A DNA stretch of 64,000 bases from Camelus dromedarius (lineage: Eukaryota): NCBI RefSeq assembly GCF_036321535.1, contig NC_087437.1, positions 105,402,001-105,466,000 on the forward strand, in the 5' to 3' direction. Positions 38,021-48,810 of the stretch are shown in pieces. Both the position numbers and the translations under genes were made by a program. How positions within the stretch are numbered: the stretch's first letter is position 1; each line of letters starts with the position of its first letter. Under the pieces are notes generated by a model. The model did not search any database. It saw only the letters and a list, made by a program, of their open reading frames with translations, and was not told where the DNA came from.

Positions 38021-38430
38021 CTACAAAAAGTAATAGTTGTGAGAAGCTCTGATACCAGCCATCACCAAAGAGTCAGAGATTTCAGCTGATACTTGTGGTA
38101 TAGATTTGGAAGAATTAACAAAATTTGTTAAATTATGAGACTCAGTCTCTCTTTTGACTGAAATGAGAAACTGTAAGTGAAGGACTGAAACTATCCACTT
38201 AACCTCATTGTGACTTTGTCCCCTACAACTTTCCTTGCTCACCTCTGATATTTCATGATCTTAACCTCTAAATAATTTTTTCTACCCTCTTAGTGAGAAC
38301 TTATCATAGAAATAAACAAAACTTTTAAAAAGCTGTTAAATCCCAGAACAAATTCCTCTCTCGTCTGAGGTCCATGTTGGACCAACTAATTCCCCAAATT
38401 AGCTGAACCTTTTGATAAAACTCTATAGAA
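38021..38430 (-). pseudogene. GP: Possible filovirus glycoprotein GP2-like remnant
   Basis: Across frameshifts: GSANL/GISW/xQHGP 38409-38368 (fusion loop GAAIGLAWIPYFGP); ICSGI*QL 38353-38330 (ICGLRQL); QR*ARKVVGD 38247-38218 (QRWGGTCHILGPD); TNFVNSSKSIPQ 38128-38093 (HDFVDKTLPD); AGI 38059-38051. The CX6CC motif is not preserved. Confidence 0.45.
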
Positions 38431-38435
38431 TACTT

Positions 38436-38506
38436 TATCTCTTTGAAGAGATATCTCTTTGAAGAGATATATATCAATTGTATCTCTTTGATACAATTGA
38501 TATATA
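38436..38506. repeat. 16-bp tandem duplication plus 17-bp perfect inverted repeat at the EVE/L1 junction
   Basis: tatctctttgaagaga x2 (38436-38467); arms tatatatcaattgtatc (38468-38484) and gatacaattgatatata (38490-38506) with a 5-nt loop. Confidence 0.9.
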
Positions 38507-38991
38507 ACGTTGTGATAGTTTGAGTTCTACCATAATGATCTGATACATGTACACGTTGTAAAATGATTACTACAATGAGTTAGTATCCATTCCCTCAGAT
38601 AGTTACATTGTTTTTCTTGTGATGAGAACTTTTCAGATACATTCCCATAGCACCTTTTAATATGGTGTTGTTAACTGGAGTCACCATGCTGTCCTTTATC
38701 TCCTCAGAATTGTTGATCTCAGAAATGGAAATTTGCACATTTTGACCACCTTCACTCATCCCCCACTCCCCATCCTAGCCTCTAGCAACTACCAGTATAT
38801 TCTCTCTATCTATGAGTTCAATTTTTATGTTGTGTTTGTTTTACATTCCACAAATAAATGAAATTGTATGGTATTTGACTTTTCTTTTCCTACTTATTTC
38901 ACTTAGAATAATGTCCTCAAGGTCTATCCATGCTGTGGTAAACAGCAGGGCAGGAGTTCCTTCTTTTTATGACTGAGTAATATTCCACCAG

Positions 38992-39045
<54 letters not shown>

Positions 39046-39510
39046 TTTTCTTTATCAGTTTATCCCTCAATGGATACAGATTTTTTTTTGTTTTGGTGTC
39101 TTGACTATTGTAAATAATGCTGCAATGAACATGGGAATGCAGGTATCTCTCTGAGATAGTGATTTTCTTTTGAATATATACCCCAAGGTGGAATCGCTGG
39201 ATAATATGATAGATCTATTTTTAATTCTTTGAGGAACCACTATACAGTTTTCCATAGTTTTCCATGCAATTTGCATTCACACCAACAGTGTACACAGATT
39301 CCCTTTCCTCCCATCCTCACCAATGCTTGTTATTTCTTATTTTTTTTTCTGTGTGTGATAATCATTCTAATAGATGTGAGATAATAGCTCATTGTGGTTT
39401 TGAATTACATTTCCCAGATGATTAGCAATGTTAAGCATCTTTTTGTGTTGGCCATGTGTATGTCTTCTTTGGGAAAAAAAAGTCTATTTGGTTCCTCTGC
39501 TCATTTTTAA
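38490..39510 (-). mobile_element. L1 (L1MA9-like) 3' ~1 kb with internal (TA)n at ~38994-39037
   Basis: aattgatatataacgttgtg...gtgatgagaactttt...ttttacattccacaaataaatgaaat...ctattgtaaataatgctgcaatgaacatggga; ORF 39067-39276 encodes an ORF2 C-terminal-like CIPMFIAALFTIVK. Confidence 0.9.
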
Positions 39511-39619
39511 ATTTTCCTTTTAAAGTTTAATAACCAATAATATCTAATAAATTCACATTTCTTTCCATGAATATAAATCAGAAACAATTTAGAGTAAGCT
39601 CAAAACTATCCAGGACACC

Positions 39620-39712
39620 AGTAACAATAACAGGTCATATTTATACTGAGCATCTCCTGTGAGCTAGACCCTGCACTAAATGTCTGAACATGCAATTTCT
39701 CATTTAATTGCT
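39620..39712 (-). mobile_element. MIR fragment
   Basis: aacaataacagg...tactgagcatctcctgtgagctagaccctgcactaaatg...tctcatttaat. Confidence 0.6.
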
Positions 39713-40670
39713 TTGTCAGAAGTGTCACAGGCTCACTTGTTTTTCACAGCTGACAATGATGCCATTATGACATCTTACACTGATTATGTGTTTCCGAGCC
39801 TTTGCCTGGCATTCCAGCCTGTGTGTAACATTTGTTTAGTGCCATTGAATTGGTCATACCAATATATACCATATACCTATGATCAAAAATGTTAAAGGAA
39901 AACATAAACAGAACAAAATACTTTCATGTAAATGCTGTGTATTAAAGGGCACAATAATCAACTTTTAGGCAAATATTATGCTTTTAAATCATATGTTTCT
40001 AAATTAAAACATCATGGTTCTTTTAAACCAATGTCCATATATCTATATAGAGACAGTCTGCAACATTTAACTTGCCAAATGGTGCTATGTGTGGAAACTG
40101 TGTATATTTTTAAAATAATTAAACAATATTGCTAAACAATGTAAAAAGTTCAGTAATCTGAGTCTTAGTACCAGGTATTAGAAATCATATAAAAATTACT
40201 TCTAACTGTTAAAAAAGCAGTAATGGATTTACTAATATCTTGTGAAAGAAAATATTATATATTAAAAGAAAATCTGTTAAATGAACACTCATAGTGTTGT
40301 AACCACACCTCATGGGACCACATATTAAACACCATTTATAGCTACTGGAAGCATGAGAGCATTTGCACAATTGGCTGCAAGAGGGTGGAGTGGTAAATTG
40401 CAGCGTCAATGGAGCATGAATGAGCCTAATTAACAACACTGAAGCTGCTTCATTCATGTTTTTATTTCATTTATCTTCTTTCAGTTGCATGATATATGTA
40501 CGCCGCTGCATTCATTGAAATGTTGTTTCTCCCTGACACGCTGCAGTATTTCCTGTCCACCTGCTGCATCTTGACTCTCATCTCAGGACACTGTAAGTGC
40601 AATTATCTTTTTGCTCATTAGCACTCTAATTAAAGCCTACTATATCACAGATCTTCTATTAAGAGCTATT

Positions 40671-40837
40671 GGGGGGAGGGGGTATAGCTCAAGGGTAGAG
40701 CATGTGCTTAGCGTGCACAAGGCCCTGGGTTCAATTCCCAGTACCCCCATGAAAAAAGTAAATAAATAAATAAATAAACCTAATTACCCCCCCAAAACAA
40801 CAACAAAAGAAGCTGAAAAAAAAAAAAAAAAGAAAAA
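40671..40837 (+). mobile_element. Camelid tRNA-derived SINE (Vic-1-like)
   Basis: ggggaggggg tatagctcaagggtagagcatgtgcttagcgtgcacaaggccctgggttcaattcccagtacccc with A and B boxes, then (TAAA)n, cctaattacc and an A-tail. Confidence 0.9.
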
Positions 40838-41769
40838 TGAAAAATATCCCATCTCTGGAAGCACCTATGAAAACATATTTCTTAATTTCATATAAGTCAT
40901 GCATATGGATTTAATTTATTTCAACAAAATATCAGTTATTTTTCCCTTTCCTTTTTAATATACATACATATTAACATATTAAAGAGGACTAAGTAAAGAA
41001 GAAAATAGATGGAGTTTAGATCCCTCAATCACAAACCCAGCTATTCCTCTCTGGATATTTCTGTCAGTTTCTCAGTTGTCTTCAAAATATCCATTGATCT
41101 TTTGTTATCCTCCCATTCAGTGGAATAACCAACTGTTCTGTTTTGTGCAGCTGCAATACCAGAAGTCATACAAATAATCTGTTAGAGATAGTAGACATCA
41201 CTTGATACACATCACTGGAAAGAACATTCTAAAGCCTGAATTTAACTCTGGACATAAAACATGTAGTAATGGCAAAATCATTTAATGTTGCCATGGCATA
41301 GCTTCCTCTCTGAATTATGACAGAGTGATTTGATAACCCTTAGAATGTTACTGATTTAGAAATTTATTTGATCTATTTATCATCTTATCAAATACAACTT
41401 TGCAGGTAGGAACAATTTAAATGCAGAATATATGTATTTCCATTAATATGAGAAAGCCTAAACAAAGCATCATTAACTAGTTCTCTCTGGCATTGTCCCT
41501 TGTTTGGAAGACCTTATCACCCTGTCATGAACTTCAGTAAAGCTAGAGAGATATGGATCCTGAACAACAGTTTCAAGCTTGTAGATGGTCAATGTGTCAT
41601 AACATAATAACGACAAGGGAGTCTGCTCACTACATAATATCTTACCTACATCTTGTAATGATGAGTAAAATTCAATATATTCACAAAGATACACTCATAT
41701 ATATGTGTATATGGATGCTTATTATATATGTGTACATTATATATATCTGTTACATATATATTAATTATA

Positions 41770-41932
41770 TTTTTTAACAGTTGTATTGAAGTATTAGGGA
41801 TGTACAGTAAAATGAATACATATAAATTGTATAACTTGATAAATTTTGATGTATGCATATACCTGTGAAATGATCATCACAGTGAAAATAATAAACATAA
41901 CATTACCCTCAAAATTCTTCTGTGGCTCTTAA
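41770..41932 (-). mobile_element. L1 (L1MB/MC-like) 3' end
   Basis: aaattttgatgtatgcatatacctgtgaaatgatcatcacagtgaaaataataaacata. Confidence 0.75.
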
Positions 41933-42049
41933 AGTCTCTGAAGTCCTTTTGAAGGTGGTGATTTAATGCAATTTTTTTTTTAAAGAAAACGTTTAATACA
42001 GAAGTGTGATGGAAATACATTTCTAATGGAATTCATAATTGGTCACTTC

Positions 42050-43430
42050 CTTCCTCTACCACCCACTCCAGTGCTTCAGCGAGGCTAGGCTGGTTGGATG
42101 ATTAGGTCGTGAGAGCTTAATCCTTAAGGGGGTTGAGCCATTGATTTCTTTACCCTATTAAGGTTGTGATGACTGCAATTGCCAATTCATCTGATGGAGA
42201 AACAACATTGAAACACCTGTATTCTAGACATGTTTCTGATTTGTATCATGAAGTCTAACTATTCATACTATGTTTTTTCCTTTTGCCTGTGGTTCTGCTG
42301 GTGACTTGGCACTAAGTGGCTAGCTGGTCTCCTCAAGAGATTTTTCTCTACAGAGCGCAGCACAGATCTCAGCAGTGGCAGTGGCCTTGATGGGAGGGAA
42401 GCCATGCTTCTGCGCTCATACATCACGTTCATCCTTAACATCATGGGAACTCTGTTCACGGATCCATCATAGAAACTCCACGTGGTCCAGAAGAGGGCAG
42501 CTGACATCCATCAGTTCAGTGTGAAAGAACTCATCTCAAACAATGTTCTCCTTTTATAGGAGAGTGGATGTAAATTTCAAAGGTTCACATACCTTGTTTC
42601 CACTACTGCAGTGCTATCCTTCTTCTCTAGACTGTTTCGTATCCAAACTTCTAGTTTTATTCTTAGCAGGTAACTTACTTATGAGCCAAGCCATTCACCA
42701 CTGTCCAGGAGTCTGCACATTTGTCTTCATATGGCCACATAGACAACAACAAAAAATTCACTAGCAAGAATTTGGTTTATTGTGTGGATTTTCCACCTCT
42801 GATGTCTGTTAAGGTTATCATGGTTTGTTTTCTGTTCTAACTAACGTACTGAGACGACATTTTTATGAACTACTCAGGGATTTTAACTTCCTACTTTAAA
42901 CACATATAAAAAACCACAAATATAAGTGTAAGTGTAATCTGAGGAGAGGTGGCAGATCAAATGATGCAGGTAGGATGGGAGTCTGACCCACCTCTTTACG
43001 TAGCTTATTGCGTCTTCTGGAACTTTTTTGAACTATGCAAACTATACTATTTCCATCGCACTTTTGATTGCTAACATCCCTGCTGACCTAATTATTCATG
43101 GATCTGATAATACCCTGAGTCATAATAACCAGCTCCAGCCACGTAGGTCATTCATATCCCACGGTCAGTTTCCTGACTCCAGTAAGTTTCAATAACATGT
43201 CAAAAATTCTTATTCAGTTGGCAAATAGTTCTCTCTGTCGGAAGACATGATCTTGCACGAAAGTCTTGATGTCGGTAGAAGATTTTAAACTCTGACCACA
43301 AATTACTGTCGATTTTCTTTAAAGAGGTGAAGGCAATTTTTTCATCCCTTTGATTTGAGAAGGCTGTGCGAATTGTTTTAACTGATAGAATGTGTTTTGG
43401 AATAAAGCTATTTTTCACAAGTGGGATCCT
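42050..43430 (-). mobile_element. ERV-L internal pol remnant (RNase H and integrase)
   Basis: Minus strand ADSWTVVNGLA (~42717-42685; ERV-L RNase H TDSWAVANGLA) and WIREQSSHDVKDERDV*AQKHGFPPIKA...*GDQLAT*CQV (integrase N-terminus WAHEQSGHGGRD...RGDQPATWWQV). Confidence 0.8.
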
Positions 43431-43431
43431 T

Positions 43432-43829
43432 GTGTGCGTGATGTTTATTAGGGGAGTTTTGTTGGTGTCAACACCTGTAGAAGGAAAGAATAACAAGCAA
43501 GATTGAACAGAGAGAGAAGTTAACTGGTAAACAAATCTTGACAACAGCTTTAGCCAAGCTGACAGGGAACTTTGGAACTAAAATGTCCACAAGAATTGTC
43601 CTGCATTGGGCGAAAGTAGCCAAGTCTTTCTCTATATCACCACCACAACCATTTATTGGATGTGGCCAGCCTTGACAATGATGTGACCCTGGGCCAGGTG
43701 ACTGCAACCGAGACGACTTTTGCAAACCCTTACATCAGAAGGCTTTCCATCAATAGCACCCTCAACAGCTGGGAAACAAACTCTTTCCTGAAAGGGAATC
43801 GGGGTGATAGTTCACAATGTCTACTACGC
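43432..43829 (-). mobile_element. ERVL LTR (LTR16C-like), probable 5' LTR of the adjacent ERV-L
   Basis: gtttattaggggag...aacacctgt...gtgaccctgggccaggtgact...ctttcctgaaagggaatcgggg. Confidence 0.7.
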
Positions 43830-43914
43830 TGTGTGACTTCCCAGGCTAGGCTGAGAAATTTTTTTGCTTCTTTTTAATTCTCTTGTATTAATCATGTATT
43901 AATATATTAATCAT

Positions 43915-44175
43915 GTATTAAGCATATTTTTATTTTCTGTATTTTGTGATGCTTTGCCATTTGGGGGCCATGAAGACCTACCCCTCCCAAAGCTAGCTAA
44001 TTCCTAGAGACAGAAAACAAACTTGTCTAGGAGCACATTTTTGATACGCAAACCACCCAAATCTGAGTTCACACCCCCATCTGCTCCTGGAGGAAGGGAC
44101 AAGATCCCTCTACTCCAAATCACCCTAAATCACCCCTGGACAGCCTCAGGTAGCTGAGTCCCTAAGTCCCGTAAG
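43915..44175 (+). mobile_element. LTR fragment (MER74-like)
   Basis: tgtattaagcatatttttattttctgtatt...cccctcccaaagctagctaattcctagaga...gcaaaccacccaaatc. Confidence 0.7.
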
Positions 44176-44900
44176 TGATCACTGCCAACAATGTATCTGC
44201 CTAGGCAGCTCTCAAAAGTATGAAAAATAATACATTTTTATTGTTTCAAGACACTGTTTCTGTACAATTTGTCTGATCACAATAAGTTAATAATCACAAT
44301 AAATAAACATTTGTAAAGAATAGATTTATAAAGAATAGATAAGAGAAGAAGAGGACTGTTTTAACAAAAACTGAAACATTTGGCATTGAGGAAACTGCTA
44401 ATAAGTAACAACAGGAGAGACTGTTAGAAGGTTGTGACTGTAAGTAAAAGTAATAAACTAATCAGTGGTAGAGTGTGGAAAGAAGAAAAAATTCTGCTAT
44501 TGGAAAGTAAAGAAAAGAATACATACATTATATAAGAGGGATGCCTTCAGTAACACACCAGATAGAAAATGTACCAAATGAACTTGTGAATAAAGAGATT
44601 GTCAGGCAGAATATTTAAATTGCCAACTGGTTCCTTTCAGTTGCATATGTTAAGGTACAGATAGAGATGAACTGAAGAAGAAATTGTTACTTTTTAAAGC
44701 AGATTCTAGAAGGTAAATTTTCAGCCCAGGACACACCTGGTTAGAAAATAAAACTTTATTATTCCCAACTTCTCCAGCTGGAAAATAGTCAATAAAGTGA
44801 AAAATGGCTTCGGGTAAGAATTAAATCTCATCCAACTGGTCTTAGAAGCCTATTTAAGGAGCACAGGCAGACCTTGGGCAAAAGGTCTTCAGAAAGTAGA
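44176..44900 (+). mobile_element. MaLR LTR 3' end plus MLT1 internal fragment
   Basis: ttattgtttcaagacactg...cacaataagttaa, followed by gaaaatgtaccaaatgaacttgtg...ggcagaatattta internal motifs. Confidence 0.55.
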
Positions 44901-45411
44901 TGTAGAATTGACTGGATACAATGCTATTTTGGGCAGTTTTCTTTTGTTTTTATTTTCCCTTGACTGATTATAGACTTAGTTTGTAAATCCAATATATTAA
45001 GAGAACATAGTTTTGAAAAGTAAAATGAGACATTAATTCATTAACCCATTAATTGGAGAAAAAATGGAATCTCCAACCCCTACCTCCTCAGAGAAGTTCT
45101 AAGAGTAGATTTGTTTTCTCTCTACCTCTTGCTGTCTCCTTCCCCAGGTAAGGAGTAAGTCATCATTGAGGAAGGCCTGACACATGTATGTAGAACATGT
45201 ATCTCTCACATCAGCAATGGTTGTACTTCTGTAACTTATTTCCTCCCTTACTGTCCCTCTTGCATCTCACAAAGAGAAGCTAAGGTTCTCTTTTCCCATA
45301 AGAGTAGGAGTATTTTCCACCTTCTTTGCCTATAACTGGGAAATAAGGCAGCTCTGAGATCCACACTCTATTCCATTCAGTTTAGGTGGCAGGAAGTCCC
45401 AGCGTATTTTC

Positions 45412-45489
45412 TTTTTTTTTTTTTTTTTTAACATTTTTTATTGATTTATAATCATTTTACAATGTTGTGTCAAATTCCAGTGTTCAGCA
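45412..45489 (-). mobile_element. 78-bp very young L1 3' end with perfect 14-bp TSD
   Basis: TSD cccagcgtattttc at 45398-45411 and 45490-45503; pure T-run; TTTC|AA target site. Confidence 0.95.
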
Positions 45490-48039
45490 CCCAGCGTATT
45501 TTCAAACCATCTGATACTGGAGTTTATTCCCATATGTTTTCAATATCTTCTGTTGGCTGATCACACATCCTTTATGCACTAGGGGCCTGAAGGGATGAGA
45601 GTCAGAATTTAGGCAGCAAAACTCACACTGCATTACTGACAAAACCTTTGTATAATACATGGTTTACTTTGAACTAAGAGTGAGATGGTGATCTAACCAC
45701 ATTAGCTGTGTATATGTTTTCAGTCATTTCATGGCAATTTATTGAATGAGTCCTCTTTATCTTCTTTTCAGATTCTATAGGATTTTAGGCTTTGGATTTT
45801 GAACTAAACTACAGTTGGGCTGAAGTAGGTAATCACTTTCACTCAGGGATCTATATATACAAATGATCCATATCTCATAGGTTGTTATTTGATGAGTAGA
45901 GTATATGTTTTTGCTAATTTATTTTTAATTAAAGATAAAAAAATCCTTGATTGGTAACTTAAAAATATTATTCTTTCTGAATATGCCCTGATGTGATTTA
46001 TTAATCAAGAAAAGCAATTTAAAAATGGATAGGAGGAGGAGGAAGAAGAGCAGGAGAAGAAATGAGGGGAAAGGGAGGATGCTGATGAGAAGAACAAATG
46101 TCAGTCCTCAGCTGTGAAGTCTTGACTGCAAGCTCACGCCTGCTGTGGATATGCAGGAGTAGAACGGATCAGGTACTGGGTTCCCCACTTCCCCTACCAT
46201 CTCCTAGGAAGTACTTTGGGGAATAATTGTAAAATCCCTTATGATTTGGCTCTTATTCCTTTCAAAGACACTAAACCATGTGTTTGTGTATTTTCTTTGA
46301 AGTTAATTCAAAATATAACAGCTAGATACTCTTTCGTGTTAATCATATGAGTTGAACTACTTAATTTTAACAAAGATGATGTTTCCAATCTATCTTTATT
46401 AAATTTATTTGTTAATTTGAGAATGAGAATTAGGTCTCTAAAATAGATCAATTTCTAATTAACTAATATAATTGTGTCCAATCCTTAAACTAACCTTCAC
46501 AGTTCACATTTATTTGTTGAGAGAGAAGGCTGAGTCATGAATAAACAGTGAATGGTTGAGCTACAGAGGGGATGGCTGCTATCAATAAAATCTCTAAAAA
46601 CTTTAATATTTGTACTAAAGTAATATTCATCAGTCACTTAAATCTTAAAATAAATGTACACAGTTATTAAATATCAGTTTACATTAAAAAAAATCAAGTG
46701 TAATCAAATTTTTTGTTTTGTAATGAGTTAGACACATATTTTTAATTTAGGAGAAAATATAGAAATGCAATAATTAAATGGAGAATTAAAACATTGAATA
46801 TTTAATAGTATACTCCTGGAAGGAATTCTCATGTTTCCTGGGGAATTATTGCAACTTAAACTAAAAAGTTGGGCTGAAATCTTCTTATAAAATAAGGATG
46901 ATTTCTAAACCAAAGTTTCTAAATAGCCACTTTTATACAATATAATTTATTTCTTACTAGTAAGTACAAATGTTTTTCCCTTCAATTTTCCTTGAAAACT
47001 AATTTGGTTTCTTTTTATTAGAATTTATTATTTCCTTATGGGCAACACACAAGTGCACACACATACACAAACTTGGGTTATGCATTTGCCTTAAACAGAG
47101 CATTTTAAAAGCTTAAATGCTGCAAAAAAACAGAAATTCATTTAAAGAAGCCATTTACAACAAATTCCAATGACCCCAAAGCATCTCAGATATAGGACAG
47201 ATTTCAAATTATTATCTTGAATACATTATCAGGGGAAAAATTATGCTTTGTTTCCCTAATTTATTGTACCACATTGATTCAAAATGCCAAACATTTAACG
47301 GTAAATATTAAGGTACCATTTATAAGTAATTTAAAGTAATTTAAATTTAATTAAATGAGAGTAACAGTCAGTAATTATTCTATTCATAGTGAGATTTAAA
47401 TGATAATACTTATTATAAAAGTAATGTTAGATAAGGGCTTTTCAGCTAAATTATTTGTCTTAATTTTAAATAGGTTTTAAGCATTAAAATGAGGATAGTA
47501 TTTGTAAATCCTCATTTCAATCTCTTTGCTATTTTTTCTCATTTTGAAAATAAGGGTATGGTTCTCATAACTGTCACAATAATCTCTCAACAAATTATTC
47601 AAATTACACTCATAGATACACATTTCATCTGACTGCTTGTTGAAAACATTGTATTATTCAATTTACCTTTCTAAATCTTGTAAAGAAGATAAAGTGAAGG
47701 GACAGAACAGATTTTTTAAATAGAAATTATAAATGTTGATAAATATCAATATAGAAATAATATTTGTATATTAATAAATATTAAATTTTAAAAATCCATA
47801 AGTTGTAAATTATTTTATCTTACAGAAGATAAACATCCATTAACTTGTGTTGATTCATTGTTTTACTCCCGATGCCACTTCTGGGTGAGACCAGACCAAG
47901 CATAGTAAGGGGAACAGAGAAAAATGTAATGATCAGGTAGCTTTAAATTGCTTTAATCCACAAATAATTATATCAAGTCTCCAGGATAACAATTTCTAGA
48001 TATTCCTGGTACAATATTATTTACAGACAATAAAACCAA

Positions 48040-48150
48040 TTGTTCAGCTCAGCTCTGAAATTCTTATGCTAAAGTCCAAAGCCTCAGTACATCAGAATGT
48101 GACTATGTTTGGAGAAAAGACCTTTAAAGATGTAATTAAGGTTAAATAAC
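48040..48150 (+). mobile_element. MaLR (MLT1) 5' fragment
   Basis: cagtacatcagaatgtgactatgtttggagaaaagacctttaaagatgtaattaaggttaaat. Confidence 0.75.
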
Positions 48151-48810
48151 ATAGAGACTAACTCATAGATATGGAGAATAGACTTGTAGTCCCAACTAAA
48201 AATTGATACTTGCCACCCCCTCTACAAGGACTGCCACAGGCCACTGCAACTGCTGATCTTTAACACACCCTGAAAGGAGTTCAGGGTGGAGGTCAGGAAT
48301 GAGGCGCTCTGTGTTCTGGGCAAACTGGCAGAACAGACTTCAGATGGATGTTTTCAGGAGATGATTTTATGAACCCAAATTCTTGTGTCTCTCCATATCC
48401 AGAAAAGCACTAAAATCATTAGCAATGACATCTGCTACTCCTGGCTAGCAGCAACCCTCTGCCAAGTGTGTGCTCGACTGCACATACCCTCCTCACTGAA
48501 ATCACATATAACACTGATGCTCATTACCCCCTACATCTTCGGAGCAGTTCCTCAGAGCTGTCTGAAATGTTGTCTCTGGGCTATAGCCCTCATTTTACCC
48601 CAAATAAAACAACTCACAACTCTCACTTCGTGTGATTTTTTTCATTTGACAGTGATTACTAGAGGGGAAGGGATTTCAAGGGTAGGAGGTAAAGGGGGTC
48701 AACTGTATGGTGACGGATGAACAGTAACTAGACTTATGGTGGTGATTACTCCGTAATGTATACACATATTGAATTGTAATGCTGCACCCCTGAACCTCGT
48801 AAAAAAAACA
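48151..48810 (+). mobile_element. L1 3' end interrupted by a MER41-like LTR
   Basis: aactcatagatatggagaatagactt|...|gtgattactagaggggaaggg...ggtcaactgtatggtgacggatg...cctgaacctcgtaaaaaaaa. Confidence 0.75.
48185..48651 (+). mobile_element. Cetartiodactyl MER41-like ERV1 solo LTR
   Basis: caccctgaaaggagttcagggtgg...ggagcagttcctcagagctgtctga...aaataaaac...tttcatttgACA. Confidence 0.75.

Larger units (their letters stand above)
36291..38430 (-). other. Candidate endogenous filovirus-like element, gene order GP2-VP30-VP24
   Basis: Manual minus-strand translation gives collinear motif matches to recalled ebolavirus/marburgvirus GP2, VP30 and VP24 in native order; the segment matches no mammalian repeat I recognise. 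Confidence 0.7.

Noticed and set aside
40671..40750. tRNA gene
   Set aside because: Has A/B boxes but also an A-rich tail and a diverged second copy at 19231-19327; it is a tRNA-derived SINE.
41287..41300. RFX X-box-like GTTGCCATGGCATA
   Set aside because: Incomplete second half-site and no promoter context.
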